DNA from: Demequinaceae bacterium
GTDB lineage: Bacteria; Actinomycetota; Actinomycetes; Actinomycetales; Demequinaceae
Length of the DNA stretch: 32,000 nt
Assembly: GCA_965250005.1 (NCBI GenBank)
Contig: OZ252279.1
Coordinates: 1,440,001-1,472,000 of the forward strand
Direction: 5' to 3'
The position numbers and the translations under genes are program-made. The notes beneath the pieces were generated by a model. It did not search any database, was not told the DNA's origin, and worked only from the letters and a program-made list of their open reading frames with translations. Positions 7,125 through 16,692 of the stretch are shown here, piece after piece (positions within the stretch are counted from its first letter, which is position 1; each line of letters begins with the position of its first letter).

Positions 7125-8204
7125 CGACGTGCGGCGTTCCAGACTCGAAACTAGTTCGTCGATATAGCCCGAAAGCGGTACGGGTACGCGCTCGGCCGCG
7201 ATGGATCTTGCCTGGCTCGCGTGATAGCCGGCGAGGGCAAGCGCGCGGGCACGCCCTCCAGACGCCGTCATTACTTCCCGAACGTCGGCGGCACCGGCGT
7301 CATCGAGTTCAGCATCTCCAACGAGTTCACGGATACGAGCGGCGGCGGAGTTCTCGGCCAGCTCGAGCGTAAGCCGAAGCAGTTCCGTGCGTTTCCCGCT
7401 CCGAAGGTCGGACAGGACGGATTTGCCGGTGACGTCCGGATCGCCGAACACGCCGAGATCATCGTCCGTGAGTTGGAAGCTCAGGCCCATGTGGGTCCCC
7501 AGGCGTTCGAGGTGAGTAACCATCGTGGGGTCGGCGCCTGCGAGTTGCGCGCCTGCGAGCAGTGGAACGACACACGTGTACGTTGACGTTTTGAGTTCCG
7601 AGACGAGCATCGGGCGCGACCGTTCAGGTGCGAGGTGGCTACCGTAGGCATCGAGAAGTTCACCCGCGATGGTGTGGCGGACTGCGCGCGTGACGAGGTT
7701 AAGGCAGGCGAGCCGGTGGTGGGCGGGCAGAGTCGCGCGCGCCACAAGATCGTACGCAGACGATATCGCGAGATCTCCTCCGAGGATTGCCGCGGCTAGC
7801 ACGGTGTCGTCCTGCTCTGCCTGCGACAGGGAGGAACCTACGACTTCCGAGCGGCGGATGCCGGCGACGTTGGGCTTGCCGCGACGCACTTCATCGTGGT
7901 CAATGATGTCGTCGTGAATCAGCATCGAAATGTGAAGCATCTCCGTTGCCGCCGCAACTGGGACAGCCGAATCGGGATCGTCACCTCCGAAGCCGCCGTA
8001 GGCGGCGATCATCAGAGACGGCCGCAAGCGCTTGCCGCCAGCAAACTGGCTTCCGATCGAGCGCCACAGGTTGCTGTAGTCCGTGCCAGCCGACGGCAGG
8101 CTCTCGACCGCCCGATCAATATGGCCCTCAATCGCAACGAAGACTTTGGGCAGCTGCGCGGCAACGAATTCGTGAAGCTGCGGCACGGTGGTGGCCTGAG
8201 GCAT
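7122..8204 (-). CDS. Polyprenyl (geranylgeranyl-type) diphosphate synthase
   Basis: GGKRLRPSL, first Asp-rich motif DDIIDHDEVRRG, second DDDLGVFGDP, and GKR region VLSDLRSGKRTEL. Confidence 0.93.
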   Translation of the reverse strand: MPQATTVPQLHEFVAAQLPKVFVAIEGHIDRAVESLPSAGTDYSNLWRSIGSQFAGGKRLRPSLMIAAYGGFGGDDPDSAVPVAAATEMLHISMLIHDDIIDHDEVRRGKPNVAGIRRSEVVGSSLSQAEQDDTVLAAAILGGDLAISSAYDLVARATLPAHHRLACLNLVTRAVRHTIAGELLDAYGSHLAPERSRPMLVSELKTSTYTCVVPLLAGAQLAGADPTMVTHLERLGTHMGLSFQLTDDDLGVFGDPDVTGKSVLSDLRSGKRTELLRLTLELAENSAAARIRELVGDAELDDAGAADVREVMTASGGRARALALAGYHASQARSIAAERVPVPLSGYIDELVSSLERRTS

Positions 8205-8233
8205 GACGCTAGTTTATGTGCTGCTCGCTCCGG

Positions 8234-10252
8234 CTAGATGGACGGACTCGGGTCAGGGTCCGGATCGGGCTCCGGCCCCTTGGAAACCTCGATCGTTACG
8301 ACAGTCCCCTCGGCAACGACAGTGCCAGCAGTCGGATTCGATGAGACCACATTTCCGCTAGCGATGACGTCGGAAAAGACCTCCACGACCGTCGAGTCAA
8401 GATTCGAGGTGTTGAGAAGCGCGATTGCGGCTCCCTGAGTCTTATCTACGAGGTCGGGTACGGGGACGGTGACGACCGGAACCGCGACGTCGTACGTGAC
8501 CTCGGAGAAAACGTCCACAAGGCCGGGCTCGGGGCTTTGCGAGAGGATCTCGCCTGGAGCTGCGGCGTTGGTTTGAACCTCGGTAGGCACTCCCTTGAGG
8601 CGAAGGTCGAGGAGCCAGGCGCTGGCGTCTTCTTGATCGACGCCCACCAGGTCGGGGAGTTCAACCTTGCCGCTCGACACGTGAATCGTGATCTCAGTTT
8701 CGGGCCCAACGACGGAACCCTCTTCAGGCTCCGTACGCGTGACACGTCCTTGGTCGATGAACGGGTCCTCGTGGTCTTCGACAGAGGCGCTAACGGTGAG
8801 CCCTGCTGCTTCTATAGCGGCACGTGCAGCGTCTTCCGTCAAACCCCGGACGCTGGGGATCGTCAACTCGAGGGTGCCTGTAGAGACGTAAACCGTGATT
8901 TCGCTTCCCCGATCAACTTCAAACTCGGCCTCCGGTACGGTCCGGATCACGTGGCCCTCGGGAACGTCAGCGTGCGACTCGCCAGCAATGGCGGGCTTGA
9001 GCCCAAAACTCTCGAGAGTAGTGATGGCGTCTGCTTCTGCCGTGCCGACTACGTCGGGAACCGTGACCGTTCCCAGTCCACCGGGGCCATCGGTTCCGGT
9101 AGGTGTTGCTAGCTTGTACAGTCCGAAAATCGCGAGACCAGCGACGATCGCGGAGATCGTCAAGATCAGGGCATTGCGGATCTTCCGCTTCCGGTCTTCG
9201 GCCTCGTCAATGTATTCGTCAAACTCGTCGTCAGGAACGTGGCCGCCGGGCCTCACCGGGCCTCCAGGCCCCTGAGGCGCCATGACTTTGGTAGCGGGAT
9301 TGGTTCCGACGGCCGCGGCCGCGGCCACGGCCGTCGCACCAGAACCCGTCGCCGCCGACCCGACCTTGATCTGTCCCGTGGTCGGCACGAGCGCGGTTCC
9401 CGCCATGACAGCGTTGAGATCGGCGAGGAACTCTTGCGCGGTGGCGTACCGAGCATTGCGATCCTTGGCGAGAGCGCGCAACACCACCTGATCGAGCTTG
9501 GACGGGACGTCGGGAGCGAAGTCTGAGGGCTTGGGTGCGGCTTCGCGCACGTGCTGGTAGGCGACCGATACTGGCGAGTCACCTACGAACGGAGGGCGTC
9601 CGCACAAGAGCTCAAAGAGCAGGCAGCCTGCCGAGTAGAGGTCAGATCGGGTGTCGACCTCTTCGCCGCGCGCCTGCTCGGGGGACAGATACTGGGCGGT
9701 CCCCACGACGGCTTGCGTTTGCGTCATGGTTTGTCCGACATCCGCCATCGCTCGTGCAATTCCAAAGTCCATGACCTTGACAGCCCCGGTAGGCGTGAGC
9801 ATGACGTTTGCGGGCTTGATGTCGCGGTGGACGAGCCCCGCGGCGTGTGAGTACTCGAGGGCGCTGAGCACGCCGGTGAGGATCTCGACCGCTTCGTCTA
9901 TGGGGGCGGCGGCGCCGTCCTTGAGGATGTCCCGAACCGTGTGGCCTTCGACATACTCCATAACGATGAAGGGAACGGTTTGGCGCTCGCCGTTCGGGCC
10001 GGCGAATTGCTCTTCGCCCGTGTCATACACAGCGACGATGCTTGGGTGGTTGAGGCCAGCGGCGGCTTGGGCCTCACGGCGGAACCGTGTCTGAAATGAT
10101 GGGTCCCGCGCGAGGTCCGCGCGCAGAATCTTGATCGCCACGGAGCGCCCCAACCGGTTGTCGTAGCCGATGTGGACTTCGGCCATGCCCCCTCGACCGA
10201 TGAGATCGCCAACCTCGTACCGGTGGGCGAGCACCTGCGCATCCTCACTCAT
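8234..10252 (-). CDS. pknB: Serine/threonine protein kinase with four extracellular PASTA domains
   Basis: HRDIKPANVMLT, DFGIARA, GTAQYLSPEQARG, TM segment ALILTISAIVAGLAIFGLY, then four PASTA-like units (TVPDVVG, TIPSVRG, ELPDLVG, TVPDLVD). Confidence 0.97.
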   Translation of the reverse strand: MSEDAQVLAHRYEVGDLIGRGGMAEVHIGYDNRLGRSVAIKILRADLARDPSFQTRFRREAQAAAGLNHPSIVAVYDTGEEQFAGPNGERQTVPFIVMEYVEGHTVRDILKDGAAAPIDEAVEILTGVLSALEYSHAAGLVHRDIKPANVMLTPTGAVKVMDFGIARAMADVGQTMTQTQAVVGTAQYLSPEQARGEEVDTRSDLYSAGCLLFELLCGRPPFVGDSPVSVAYQHVREAAPKPSDFAPDVPSKLDQVVLRALAKDRNARYATAQEFLADLNAVMAGTALVPTTGQIKVGSAATGSGATAVAAAAAVGTNPATKVMAPQGPGGPVRPGGHVPDDEFDEYIDEAEDRKRKIRNALILTISAIVAGLAIFGLYKLATPTGTDGPGGLGTVTVPDVVGTAEADAITTLESFGLKPAIAGESHADVPEGHVIRTVPEAEFEVDRGSEITVYVSTGTLELTIPSVRGLTEDAARAAIEAAGLTVSASVEDHEDPFIDQGRVTRTEPEEGSVVGPETEITIHVSSGKVELPDLVGVDQEDASAWLLDLRLKGVPTEVQTNAAAPGEILSQSPEPGLVDVFSEVTYDVAVPVVTVPVPDLVDKTQGAAIALLNTSNLDSTVVEVFSDVIASGNVVSSNPTAGTVVAEGTVVTIEVSKGPEPDPDPDPSPSI

Positions 10253-10303
10253 GAATGGTCCCGTGTCTCCCGCGTTGTCTGGTGTCGGTATCTATTGTGA
10301 CAT

Positions 10304-11275
10304 CTAGTGGGCAACCGGGGCTTCCCCGGGGTTGTCGGGGCGCGGACGCCGCGCTTTGGGTGCAATTGTTGGCGGCATTGCGCGAACGGGAGCGCCCCCG
10401 CGGTGACGGGGCGCGATCGACTGGGGCAGCGGTTTGTGGCGAAGTTTCTTCTCGGCGTCGGTGGGTAGTCGAAGGTTGACTAGGAGCGACGCGAGCACCG
10501 CGGCAGACTTGGGTCGCTTACGCGGATTCTTTTCCAGGAGGTCCATGATGAGCGCAGCGAGCCCGGGCGCGATGTGTGCGGGCAACGGAGGAACAGGATC
10601 ATTGACCTGCGCGATGGCGATGTCCACGGGATTCGGCGCGGTGAACGGCCGCTTGCCCACGAGCGCCTCGAACGCGATAATCCCGATTGCGTAGAGGTCC
10701 GACTGTGAAGTCGCGGACTTGCCGAGAGCAAGTTCGGGCGCGAGGTACTGGGCGGTTCCCATCACCATGCCGGTTTGGGTAAGCGTCGTTTGGTCCTCGC
10801 TCCGCGAGACCCCAAAGTCGGTGATCTTCACCAAGCCGTCCGGTTGAACCAGCAAGTTTCCCGGTTTGATGTCGCGGTGAATCACGCCTGCGTCGTGGGC
10901 AGCCTGAAGCCCATGGCACGTGTGCACGAGCATGGCAACCAGCTCGCGCTCGTCGAGAACCTTGGTTCGCTCGAGAATGTTGGCAAGTGACTCACCCTCG
11001 ACCAGTTCCATAACCATGTATGCACTGTTGTCGTGAGTTCCGAAGTCCAAGACCTGCGCAATGTTGCGGTGGCTCAGTGCCGCCGCATTGCGCGCTTCGA
11101 TCTCGAAGCGTTTCAAAAATGTAGCGTTGGTGGCGGCCTCGGCCTTGAGCACTTTGACAGCTACATCGAGCTCGAGCTCGTCGTCGCGGCCCCGCCAGAC
11201 TTCACCCATGCCGCCCGTGGCGAGCAGGCCGGTGAGTCGATATCTCCCATTGAGAAGCGTTCCGTCGGTCATCAT
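10304..11275 (-). CDS. pknA: Serine/threonine protein kinase (PknA position), no obvious TM segment
   Basis: LLATGGMGEVWRG, VIHRDIKPGNLLV, DFGVSRS, GTAQYLAPE; ends after about 320 aa with a Pro/Arg-rich tail; synteny between pknB and pbpA. Confidence 0.94.
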   Translation of the reverse strand: MMTDGTLLNGRYRLTGLLATGGMGEVWRGRDDELELDVAVKVLKAEAATNATFLKRFEIEARNAAALSHRNIAQVLDFGTHDNSAYMVMELVEGESLANILERTKVLDERELVAMLVHTCHGLQAAHDAGVIHRDIKPGNLLVQPDGLVKITDFGVSRSEDQTTLTQTGMVMGTAQYLAPELALGKSATSQSDLYAIGIIAFEALVGKRPFTAPNPVDIAIAQVNDPVPPLPAHIAPGLAALIMDLLEKNPRKRPKSAAVLASLLVNLRLPTDAEKKLRHKPLPQSIAPRHRGGAPVRAMPPTIAPKARRPRPDNPGEAPVAH

Positions 11276-12756
11276 GACAGCCCTGCCTCTTCCCTTTCGG
11301 CCTCTAAGCGGATCGCCTCGAGCATGATCGCGCGCGCGATGGGGGCTGCGACTCGGCCGCCGGTAGCCTCGTCGCCGGCGTTGCCGCCGTCTTCCACCAG
11401 CACGACGACGACAACGACCGGGTCGTCTGCCGGAGCGAAGCCCGCAAACCAGGCGTGGGGGGCGCGTCCCCCGCCGGATTCGGCGGTTCCGGTCTTGCCT
11501 GCAACGCTGACGCCGTCGATCCGCGCAGCAACGCCGGTCCCGTCGTCCACCACGCCGACCATCATGTCGCGTAGGTAGTTTGCGTTGACAACGGACATTG
11601 GCCTACTGAAGATTGACGGCTTGGCCACGTCGATCAGGCGCAGGTCGGAGGAGCGAACATCAGCAACGAGGTACGGTGTCATGAGGATTCCGTCGTTGGC
11701 AATCGCTGACGTGACCATCGCCATTTGAAGAGGCGTCGCCCGCACGTCAAACTGCCCAATTGCCGAGATCGCGCTCTGCGGCGCGTCGGGGTTTTCGGGT
11801 AGCCGTGAAGCGGTCACGGGCATCGGAATATCGAGATCAGTGCCCCAGCCAAACTCGCGCGCCTTGCGTTCGATGGGTCCCCAACCCAGGTTGATGCCGA
11901 GATCCGCGAAGGCGGTATTGCATGACTGTGCGAGGGCGAATGCGAGGGTTGTGGTCTGGGAGCCCTCGTCGCATTCGGTGCCGCCGTAGTTCTGGATGGT
12001 TCTGTCCGATAGGGGCAGATCTAACTCCTGTGGGGCAAAGACTTGGGTATCGGGCGTGAAGCCAGACTCGAGGGCAGCCGCGGCGGTGACCAATTTGAAG
12101 AGGGATCCCGGCGCGTAAGTGTCGCCCGCGATCGCGCGGTTCACGAGCGGGTCTGCTGGGTCGTCAATCAGTGAAAGATAGGCGCTGTTGACTGCCGCAG
12201 TGCCGTGCGCGGCGAGTGTGGCGGGGTTGAAACTGGGGCTCGTGACCATCGCGAGGATCTCGCCCGTTCGGGGGTCGAGCGCAACCACCGCCCCCCGCTG
12301 ATTGGCGAGCGCATCGGCGGCCGTGCGCTGCAGGACACTCCGAATGGTGAGCTCAATAGAGGCGCCTTGCTGCTCGTTCCCCGCGAGGAGGTCGCCGAGC
12401 CTGCTCCAGAAGAGTTCGTCAGCCGCGCCACTCAAAAGCGAGTTCTCTGCGCTCTCGATTCCAGAACGCCCAAACACCACCGAGTAGTAGCCAGTCACGT
12501 GTGCGTAAAGCGGTCCATCGGCGTAGGTTCGCTGGTAATTGAACGAATCGTCTGTGGGGACTGAGTAAACGATCGCCTCGCCGTCGACAACTATCGGTCC
12601 TCGAAATCCGCCGTATTCCCGGTAGAGGGTGCGGACGTTGCGATTGTCGGCGTTGAGAGATTCTGACTGGGCAAACTGCACCCACGAGCTTGCCGCCATG
12701 AGCGCAAGGAACATGACGAGCGCGACTACGCTAAGCCGGCGAATCGGGCTGTTCAC
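11272..12756 (-). CDS. pbpA: Peptidoglycan transpeptidase, PBP2/FtsI-type (PbpA)
   Basis: SxxK in APGSLFKLVTAAAAL, SxN in QSCNTAF, KTG in VAGKTGTAE; N-terminal TM. Confidence 0.96.
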   Translation of the reverse strand: MNSPIRRLSVVALVMFLALMAASSWVQFAQSESLNADNRNVRTLYREYGGFRGPIVVDGEAIVYSVPTDDSFNYQRTYADGPLYAHVTGYYSVVFGRSGIESAENSLLSGAADELFWSRLGDLLAGNEQQGASIELTIRSVLQRTAADALANQRGAVVALDPRTGEILAMVTSPSFNPATLAAHGTAAVNSAYLSLIDDPADPLVNRAIAGDTYAPGSLFKLVTAAAALESGFTPDTQVFAPQELDLPLSDRTIQNYGGTECDEGSQTTTLAFALAQSCNTAFADLGINLGWGPIERKAREFGWGTDLDIPMPVTASRLPENPDAPQSAISAIGQFDVRATPLQMAMVTSAIANDGILMTPYLVADVRSSDLRLIDVAKPSIFSRPMSVVNANYLRDMMVGVVDDGTGVAARIDGVSVAGKTGTAESGGGRAPHAWFAGFAPADDPVVVVVVLVEDGGNAGDEATGGRVAAPIARAIMLEAIRLEAEREEAGLS

Positions 12757-14099
12757 GCCGCCACCGCATCGTCTCGGCGCGCGCCGTCAGATATGCGCAG
12801 TAGCAGCGCAATCACGATCCAGTTAGCAAGCAGAGAGCTGCCACCGTAGGCCATGAATGGAGTGGTGAGTCCGGTCAGAGGTACGAGCCCGGTGACGCCT
12901 CCGACGACTATGAAGAGCTGGAGTGCCATCGTGAATCCAAGCCCCGCTGCGAGGAGTTTTCCGAATCCGTCTCTCGCTCCGATTGCGGTTCGCATGGCGC
13001 GCGAGACCACTATGAGGAAGAGCGCCAGGATCGCCATGAGTCCAGCGAGCCCGAGTTCCTCGCCTAGCGACGCGATGATGAAGTCTGACTCCGCGAACGG
13101 AACGAGGTCCGGCCGGCCTTCGCCGAGTCCGGTGCCAAAGAGCCCGCCGTTGGCGAGGCCAAAAAGCCCCCGTACCATCTGTTCCGAGCCACCTGTCACT
13201 TGCGCGTATACGTCAGTGTCGAGCGCGTGGAGCCAGGCGTTGTAGCGATCGCCCACGTGGGGAAAGATCATTCCGGCGCCCACCGCGCCGACGAAGAACA
13301 TCGTCACGCCGGTGAGCACCCAACTGAGGCGCTCAGTCGCGACGTAGATCATCGCGACAAAGAGGCCGAAGAACAGCATGGAAGTGCCGAGATCCTTCTG
13401 GTAGACCAGAACGGTGAGCGAGACGCCCCACGCAACAAGGATCGGACCCATGTCGCGCGGGCGCGGAAACCGCATCCCGAGGATTCTTGGCCCGGCGAGC
13501 GCGAGCGCGTCGCGGCTGGTGACCAGGTAGCCCGCGAAGAAGATCGCGAGCACGATCTTCGCGAGCTCGGCGGGCTGGAAAGAATTGCCGAAAACGTCGA
13601 TCCAAATCCGCGCGCCGTTCCGTTCGGCGCCAACAAAGGGAACGAACGGGAGCGCCAGCAGCGCAAGGCCGGCAACCATGGCAGTGTACGAAAACCGGCG
13701 CAAGACGCGGTGGTCTTTCAGGAGCGCAATTACCGTGATCGCGAGCACCATGGCGAGCACCGTCCAGCCGAGCTGACGGGTCGCAAAGTCGGTAGGGGTG
13801 GTTCCTGCTCGAGCAATATCAATGCGATAGATCATCGCGAGGCCAAGACCATTCAGCGAAATCGCTGCAGGAAGCATGACTGGGTCTGCAGCCGGTGCCC
13901 ATGTGCGCAGCGCGGCGTGAGCAGCGACCGCGAGAGCGATGGTGCCACCTCCGTAGACCCACACGTTCGCGGGAACACCGCCAGCTGCGTTATAGCCGAC
14001 GAGTGCGTACGCGCCCACGACTACCGCGATTGCTAGCGCCAGGAGAAACGCCTCCGCGCGCCGACTGGACGCGATTCGCACCTCCGCAACGGTGGCCAC
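12753..14099 (-). CDS. rodA: FtsW/RodA/SpoVE family lipid II polymerase
   Basis: Polytopic protein, YQKDLGTSMLFFGLF, ASLGEELGLAG, LTGLTTPFMAYGGSSLLANW; GTG start at 14099 overlaps the pstP stop by 1 nt and is preferred over the annotated 14135 start. Confidence 0.94.
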   Translation of the reverse strand: MATVAEVRIASSRRAEAFLLALAIAVVVGAYALVGYNAAGGVPANVWVYGGGTIALAVAAHAALRTWAPAADPVMLPAAISLNGLGLAMIYRIDIARAGTTPTDFATRQLGWTVLAMVLAITVIALLKDHRVLRRFSYTAMVAGLALLALPFVPFVGAERNGARIWIDVFGNSFQPAELAKIVLAIFFAGYLVTSRDALALAGPRILGMRFPRPRDMGPILVAWGVSLTVLVYQKDLGTSMLFFGLFVAMIYVATERLSWVLTGVTMFFVGAVGAGMIFPHVGDRYNAWLHALDTDVYAQVTGGSEQMVRGLFGLANGGLFGTGLGEGRPDLVPFAESDFIIASLGEELGLAGLMAILALFLIVVSRAMRTAIGARDGFGKLLAAGLGFTMALQLFIVVGGVTGLVPLTGLTTPFMAYGGSSLLANWIVIALLLRISDGARRDDAVAA

Positions 14100-15322
14100 T
14101 AGGCCGTGCCCTCCAGGGCGTCGACCACTTCCCACGCATCCTCGAGCGAGGACTTCTGAATCGCTGAACGAACGCGATCCTGCTCGAATGGCTCCAGGTC
14201 GTCGACGTCTAGCCCGGTTTCCGCGATCAGAGTCGACAGTCCGATCGGGCCGATCGTTTGCGGGATACCCCGATAGATCGCAACCTCACCGTCGTTCTCG
14301 GCAACGTAGTACTGTCCCTGAGTCCAGGAGTACGCGCCGAAGCTAGCGGCAAAGAGGACGATAAAGGCGCCAGCCGGGAGGGCCCATGGCCGAATACGCT
14401 CCCAGATGCGGACCATAGTCGTCCGCTCGGGTTCGCCTTCTTCCGGCTTGGTGTCCCGGAGCATCGCGGCTTTGGCAGCAGCGGTCTTGGCGTACCTTTG
14501 CTTAGCGACGGCGATGTCGGATTTGCGCTCCTTGATCGCCGCGGCGCCCACGACGGATGGAGTCATGGAGGGGCCGACTTTTCCAGGCGCCTTGTCGATG
14601 TCGACGACGTCGGCGACAATGCACGTCACGTTGTCAGGGGCGCCACTGGCCAGCGCGAGCGACAGTAGCTCGTCGGCGCAGTCGGCGGGATCGTCTACGC
14701 GCTTGAGAGTCTTGGAAATGGTGGCGCGGCTGACAACGGAGCTGAGTCCGTCCGAGCAGAGTAGCCATCGGTCGCCCGGCTTGGTCTCACGGGCCGAGAT
14801 GTCCACCGGGACGTCCGCATCGATGTCTCCGAGCACTCGCAAGAGCATCGAGCGCTTGGGGTGGTGTTCGGCGTCGGCTGCGCTCAAACGGCCCGTGTCC
14901 ACGAGGTGCTGGACGAACGAATGATCACTCGTGACCTGATCGAGTTCACCGTCCCGAAGCAGATACGCGCGGGAGTCGCCGATATGGGCCATCGCGATGG
15001 TGTGTCCCGAGCGCAAGATCGCCGTCACCGTGGTCCCGAGCCCGCTGAGCGAGGGGTCGTTCACTGCCCTGGCGACGATTTCCTTGTGCGCCTCGGCGAT
15101 AGCACCCTTGAGCTCATCGAGTGAGTCGTCTTGTCCGAGGACTTCGCCGTCAAGCACGGCGAGCCGCGCTACGACGATCGACGACGCGATGTCACCTCCC
15201 GCGGCACCGCCCATGCCGTCAGCGACGACCAACAGGTGCGGACCGGCGTAGGCCGAGTCCTGGTTATTTGAACGCACGAGCCCCACATCGGAGCGTGTTG
15301 CGAAGTTGAGTCCAAGGAACAT
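14099..15322 (-). CDS. pstP: PP2C-family serine/threonine protein phosphatase
   Basis: RSNNQDSAYAG, LLVVADGMGGAAGGDIAS, AHIGDSRAYLLRDGEL, LLCSDGLSSVV, DNVTCIVADV; C-terminal TM segment. Confidence 0.96.
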   Translation of the reverse strand: MFLGLNFATRSDVGLVRSNNQDSAYAGPHLLVVADGMGGAAGGDIASSIVVARLAVLDGEVLGQDDSLDELKGAIAEAHKEIVARAVNDPSLSGLGTTVTAILRSGHTIAMAHIGDSRAYLLRDGELDQVTSDHSFVQHLVDTGRLSAADAEHHPKRSMLLRVLGDIDADVPVDISARETKPGDRWLLCSDGLSSVVSRATISKTLKRVDDPADCADELLSLALASGAPDNVTCIVADVVDIDKAPGKVGPSMTPSVVGAAAIKERKSDIAVAKQRYAKTAAAKAAMLRDTKPEEGEPERTTMVRIWERIRPWALPAGAFIVLFAASFGAYSWTQGQYYVAENDGEVAIYRGIPQTIGPIGLSTLIAETGLDVDDLEPFEQDRVRSAIQKSSLEDAWEVVDALEGTA

Positions 15323-15324
15323 AG

Positions 15325-15822
15325 TCAGTCCGCCAACTCGATAGAGGTTGCGCCCAGCCGGACAACGGAGCCGCGCTTGAGTTCAGTTGGCGCGGTCAAC
15401 TTGGAATCGTCAAGGTAGGTGCCATTGGTTGAGCCGAGGTCTTCGATCATCCATGTTCCGCCCTCGTCGTAAATGCGGGCGTGCTGGGAGGAGCAGTAGT
15501 CGTCTTCAAGTACCAATGTGGACCGGGGCGCGCGACCGATAGTCACGGGCGCCGGGCCTAGCGGAATCGACGTGCCCTGTAGCGGGCCCTTGACCACGGA
15601 CAAGTGTGTGGACTGCCGGGCTCGGCCCGCCTTGACGCCGGTGCCCGCCCGTTCCGGAGACTTCACCTTCGCTGGCTTGGATTTGCGAGACAGGCCGCGG
15701 CCGCGCGTCAAAACGCGGGTGCCGTAGATGTCGGCTCGCAGGACCGCAATCGAAGACAAGACGAGCGTCCAAAGCAACGCGAGGAAACCTAGGCGCAAGA
15801 GCGACAGCGAGAGCTGACTCAT
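15325..15822 (-). CDS. fhaB: FHA-domain protein (FhaB/FipA-like)
   Basis: N-terminal TM; ITIGRAPRSTLVLEDDYCSSQHARIY...WMIEDLGSTNGTYLDD FHA domain. Confidence 0.93.
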   Translation of the reverse strand: MSQLSLSLLRLGFLALLWTLVLSSIAVLRADIYGTRVLTRGRGLSRKSKPAKVKSPERAGTGVKAGRARQSTHLSVVKGPLQGTSIPLGPAPVTIGRAPRSTLVLEDDYCSSQHARIYDEGGTWMIEDLGSTNGTYLDDSKLTAPTELKRGSVVRLGATSIELAD

Positions 15823-16535
15823 CGATCATCATCCTTGCCGGCAGTTACGCCATCCCAGTACATGATCGTTGTCCTGCCAATCGTGATGGCGTTACCGTCG
15901 AGAAGAGTGACGTCCTTGATTTTTTGATCCTCAACATAGGTCCCGTTGGTGGACTCGAGGTCAGTCAGGATGGTTCCGTACTGTGTGACCTCGAAGCGAA
16001 TATGCATGCGGCTAATGCCCGTGTCATCCACGACGATGTCTGACTCGGTGCCGCGTCCGAGGACCGTGGTCTCCCCGGTCAGGTGATATCGCCTGCCGTC
16101 GACGTCGATGAGCGGATAGCGCGACTGTTGGTGTGTTGATGTGGTTGCTGGCGCGGCGGGGCCACGAGTGGTTCGTGAGGTGATGGTGTACCTCCCAGTA
16201 GAGAGAGTTTCCTCACGAAAGAAGCGCACCACAACGGGTCCCACGAATGCGTAGCGCTGAAACTCTGCATGATCTCCGAGCGTGGCTTCGAATTCACGCG
16301 CAAGAGCGTCTTCGCCCCATTCGAGAATTGCCGCGTGATCAACTTCGTTTAGTCCAACGTCATACTCGTTGGGTGCGACGGTGCGGTCTCGATCGACCAC
16401 GGCCGCTTGTGCGTCCGCCTGCTTTTTCAGCGCTCCGGACAGTTCCACGGGCTTGACTCCAGCGCGAAACGTCTTGGCGAACGCGGCACTTACCACGTTC
16501 TCAACGCCCCGCTCGAAGCGGTCCAATACACCCAT
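15819..16535 (-). CDS. fhaA: DUF3662 plus FHA domain protein (FhaA-like)
   Basis: MGVLDRFERGVENVVSAAFAKTFRAGVKPVELSGALKKQAD (DUF3662) and SRMHIRFEV...TDLESTNGTYVED (FHA). Confidence 0.94.
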   Translation of the reverse strand: MGVLDRFERGVENVVSAAFAKTFRAGVKPVELSGALKKQADAQAAVVDRDRTVAPNEYDVGLNEVDHAAILEWGEDALAREFEATLGDHAEFQRYAFVGPVVVRFFREETLSTGRYTITSRTTRGPAAPATTSTHQQSRYPLIDVDGRRYHLTGETTVLGRGTESDIVVDDTGISRMHIRFEVTQYGTILTDLESTNGTYVEDQKIKDVTLLDGNAITIGRTTIMYWDGVTAGKDDDR

Positions 16536-16580
16536 AGGTGAATCGTAACGGGCTGGGCCTTCGTGCTAGAGTCATGCGGC

Positions 16581-16664
16581 GCGCGAGTGGCGGAATTGGT
16601 AGACGCGCACGGTTCAGATCCGTGTGCCTGCAAGGGCGTAGGGGTTCAAGTCCCCTCTCGCGCA
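16581..16664 (+). tRNA. tRNA-Leu (anticodon CAG)
   Basis: Acceptor GCGCGAG pairs with CTCGCGC; anticodon arm CACGG-TTCAGAT-CCGTG; long variable arm; T-arm GGGGTTCAAGTCCCC. Confidence 0.95.
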
Positions 16665-16669
16665 CAATC

Positions 16670-16692
16670 GGCCCCCGAGTCACTCGGGGGCC
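16670..16692 (+). terminator. Intrinsic-terminator-like hairpin after tRNA-Leu
   Basis: GGCCCCCGAG-TCA-CTCGGGGGCC followed by TTGCTTCTT. Confidence 0.75.

Noticed and set aside
8238-8275. Short GGGTCM-type repeats at the 3' end of pknB as a regulatory repeat array
   Set aside because: They encode the acidic PDPDPDPSPS tail of PknB; simple coding low-complexity sequence.
13200-14036. 278-aa forward ORF antisense to rodA
   Set aside because: No recognisable motifs, Arg/Glu/His-rich shadow ORF opposite a well-supported membrane protein.
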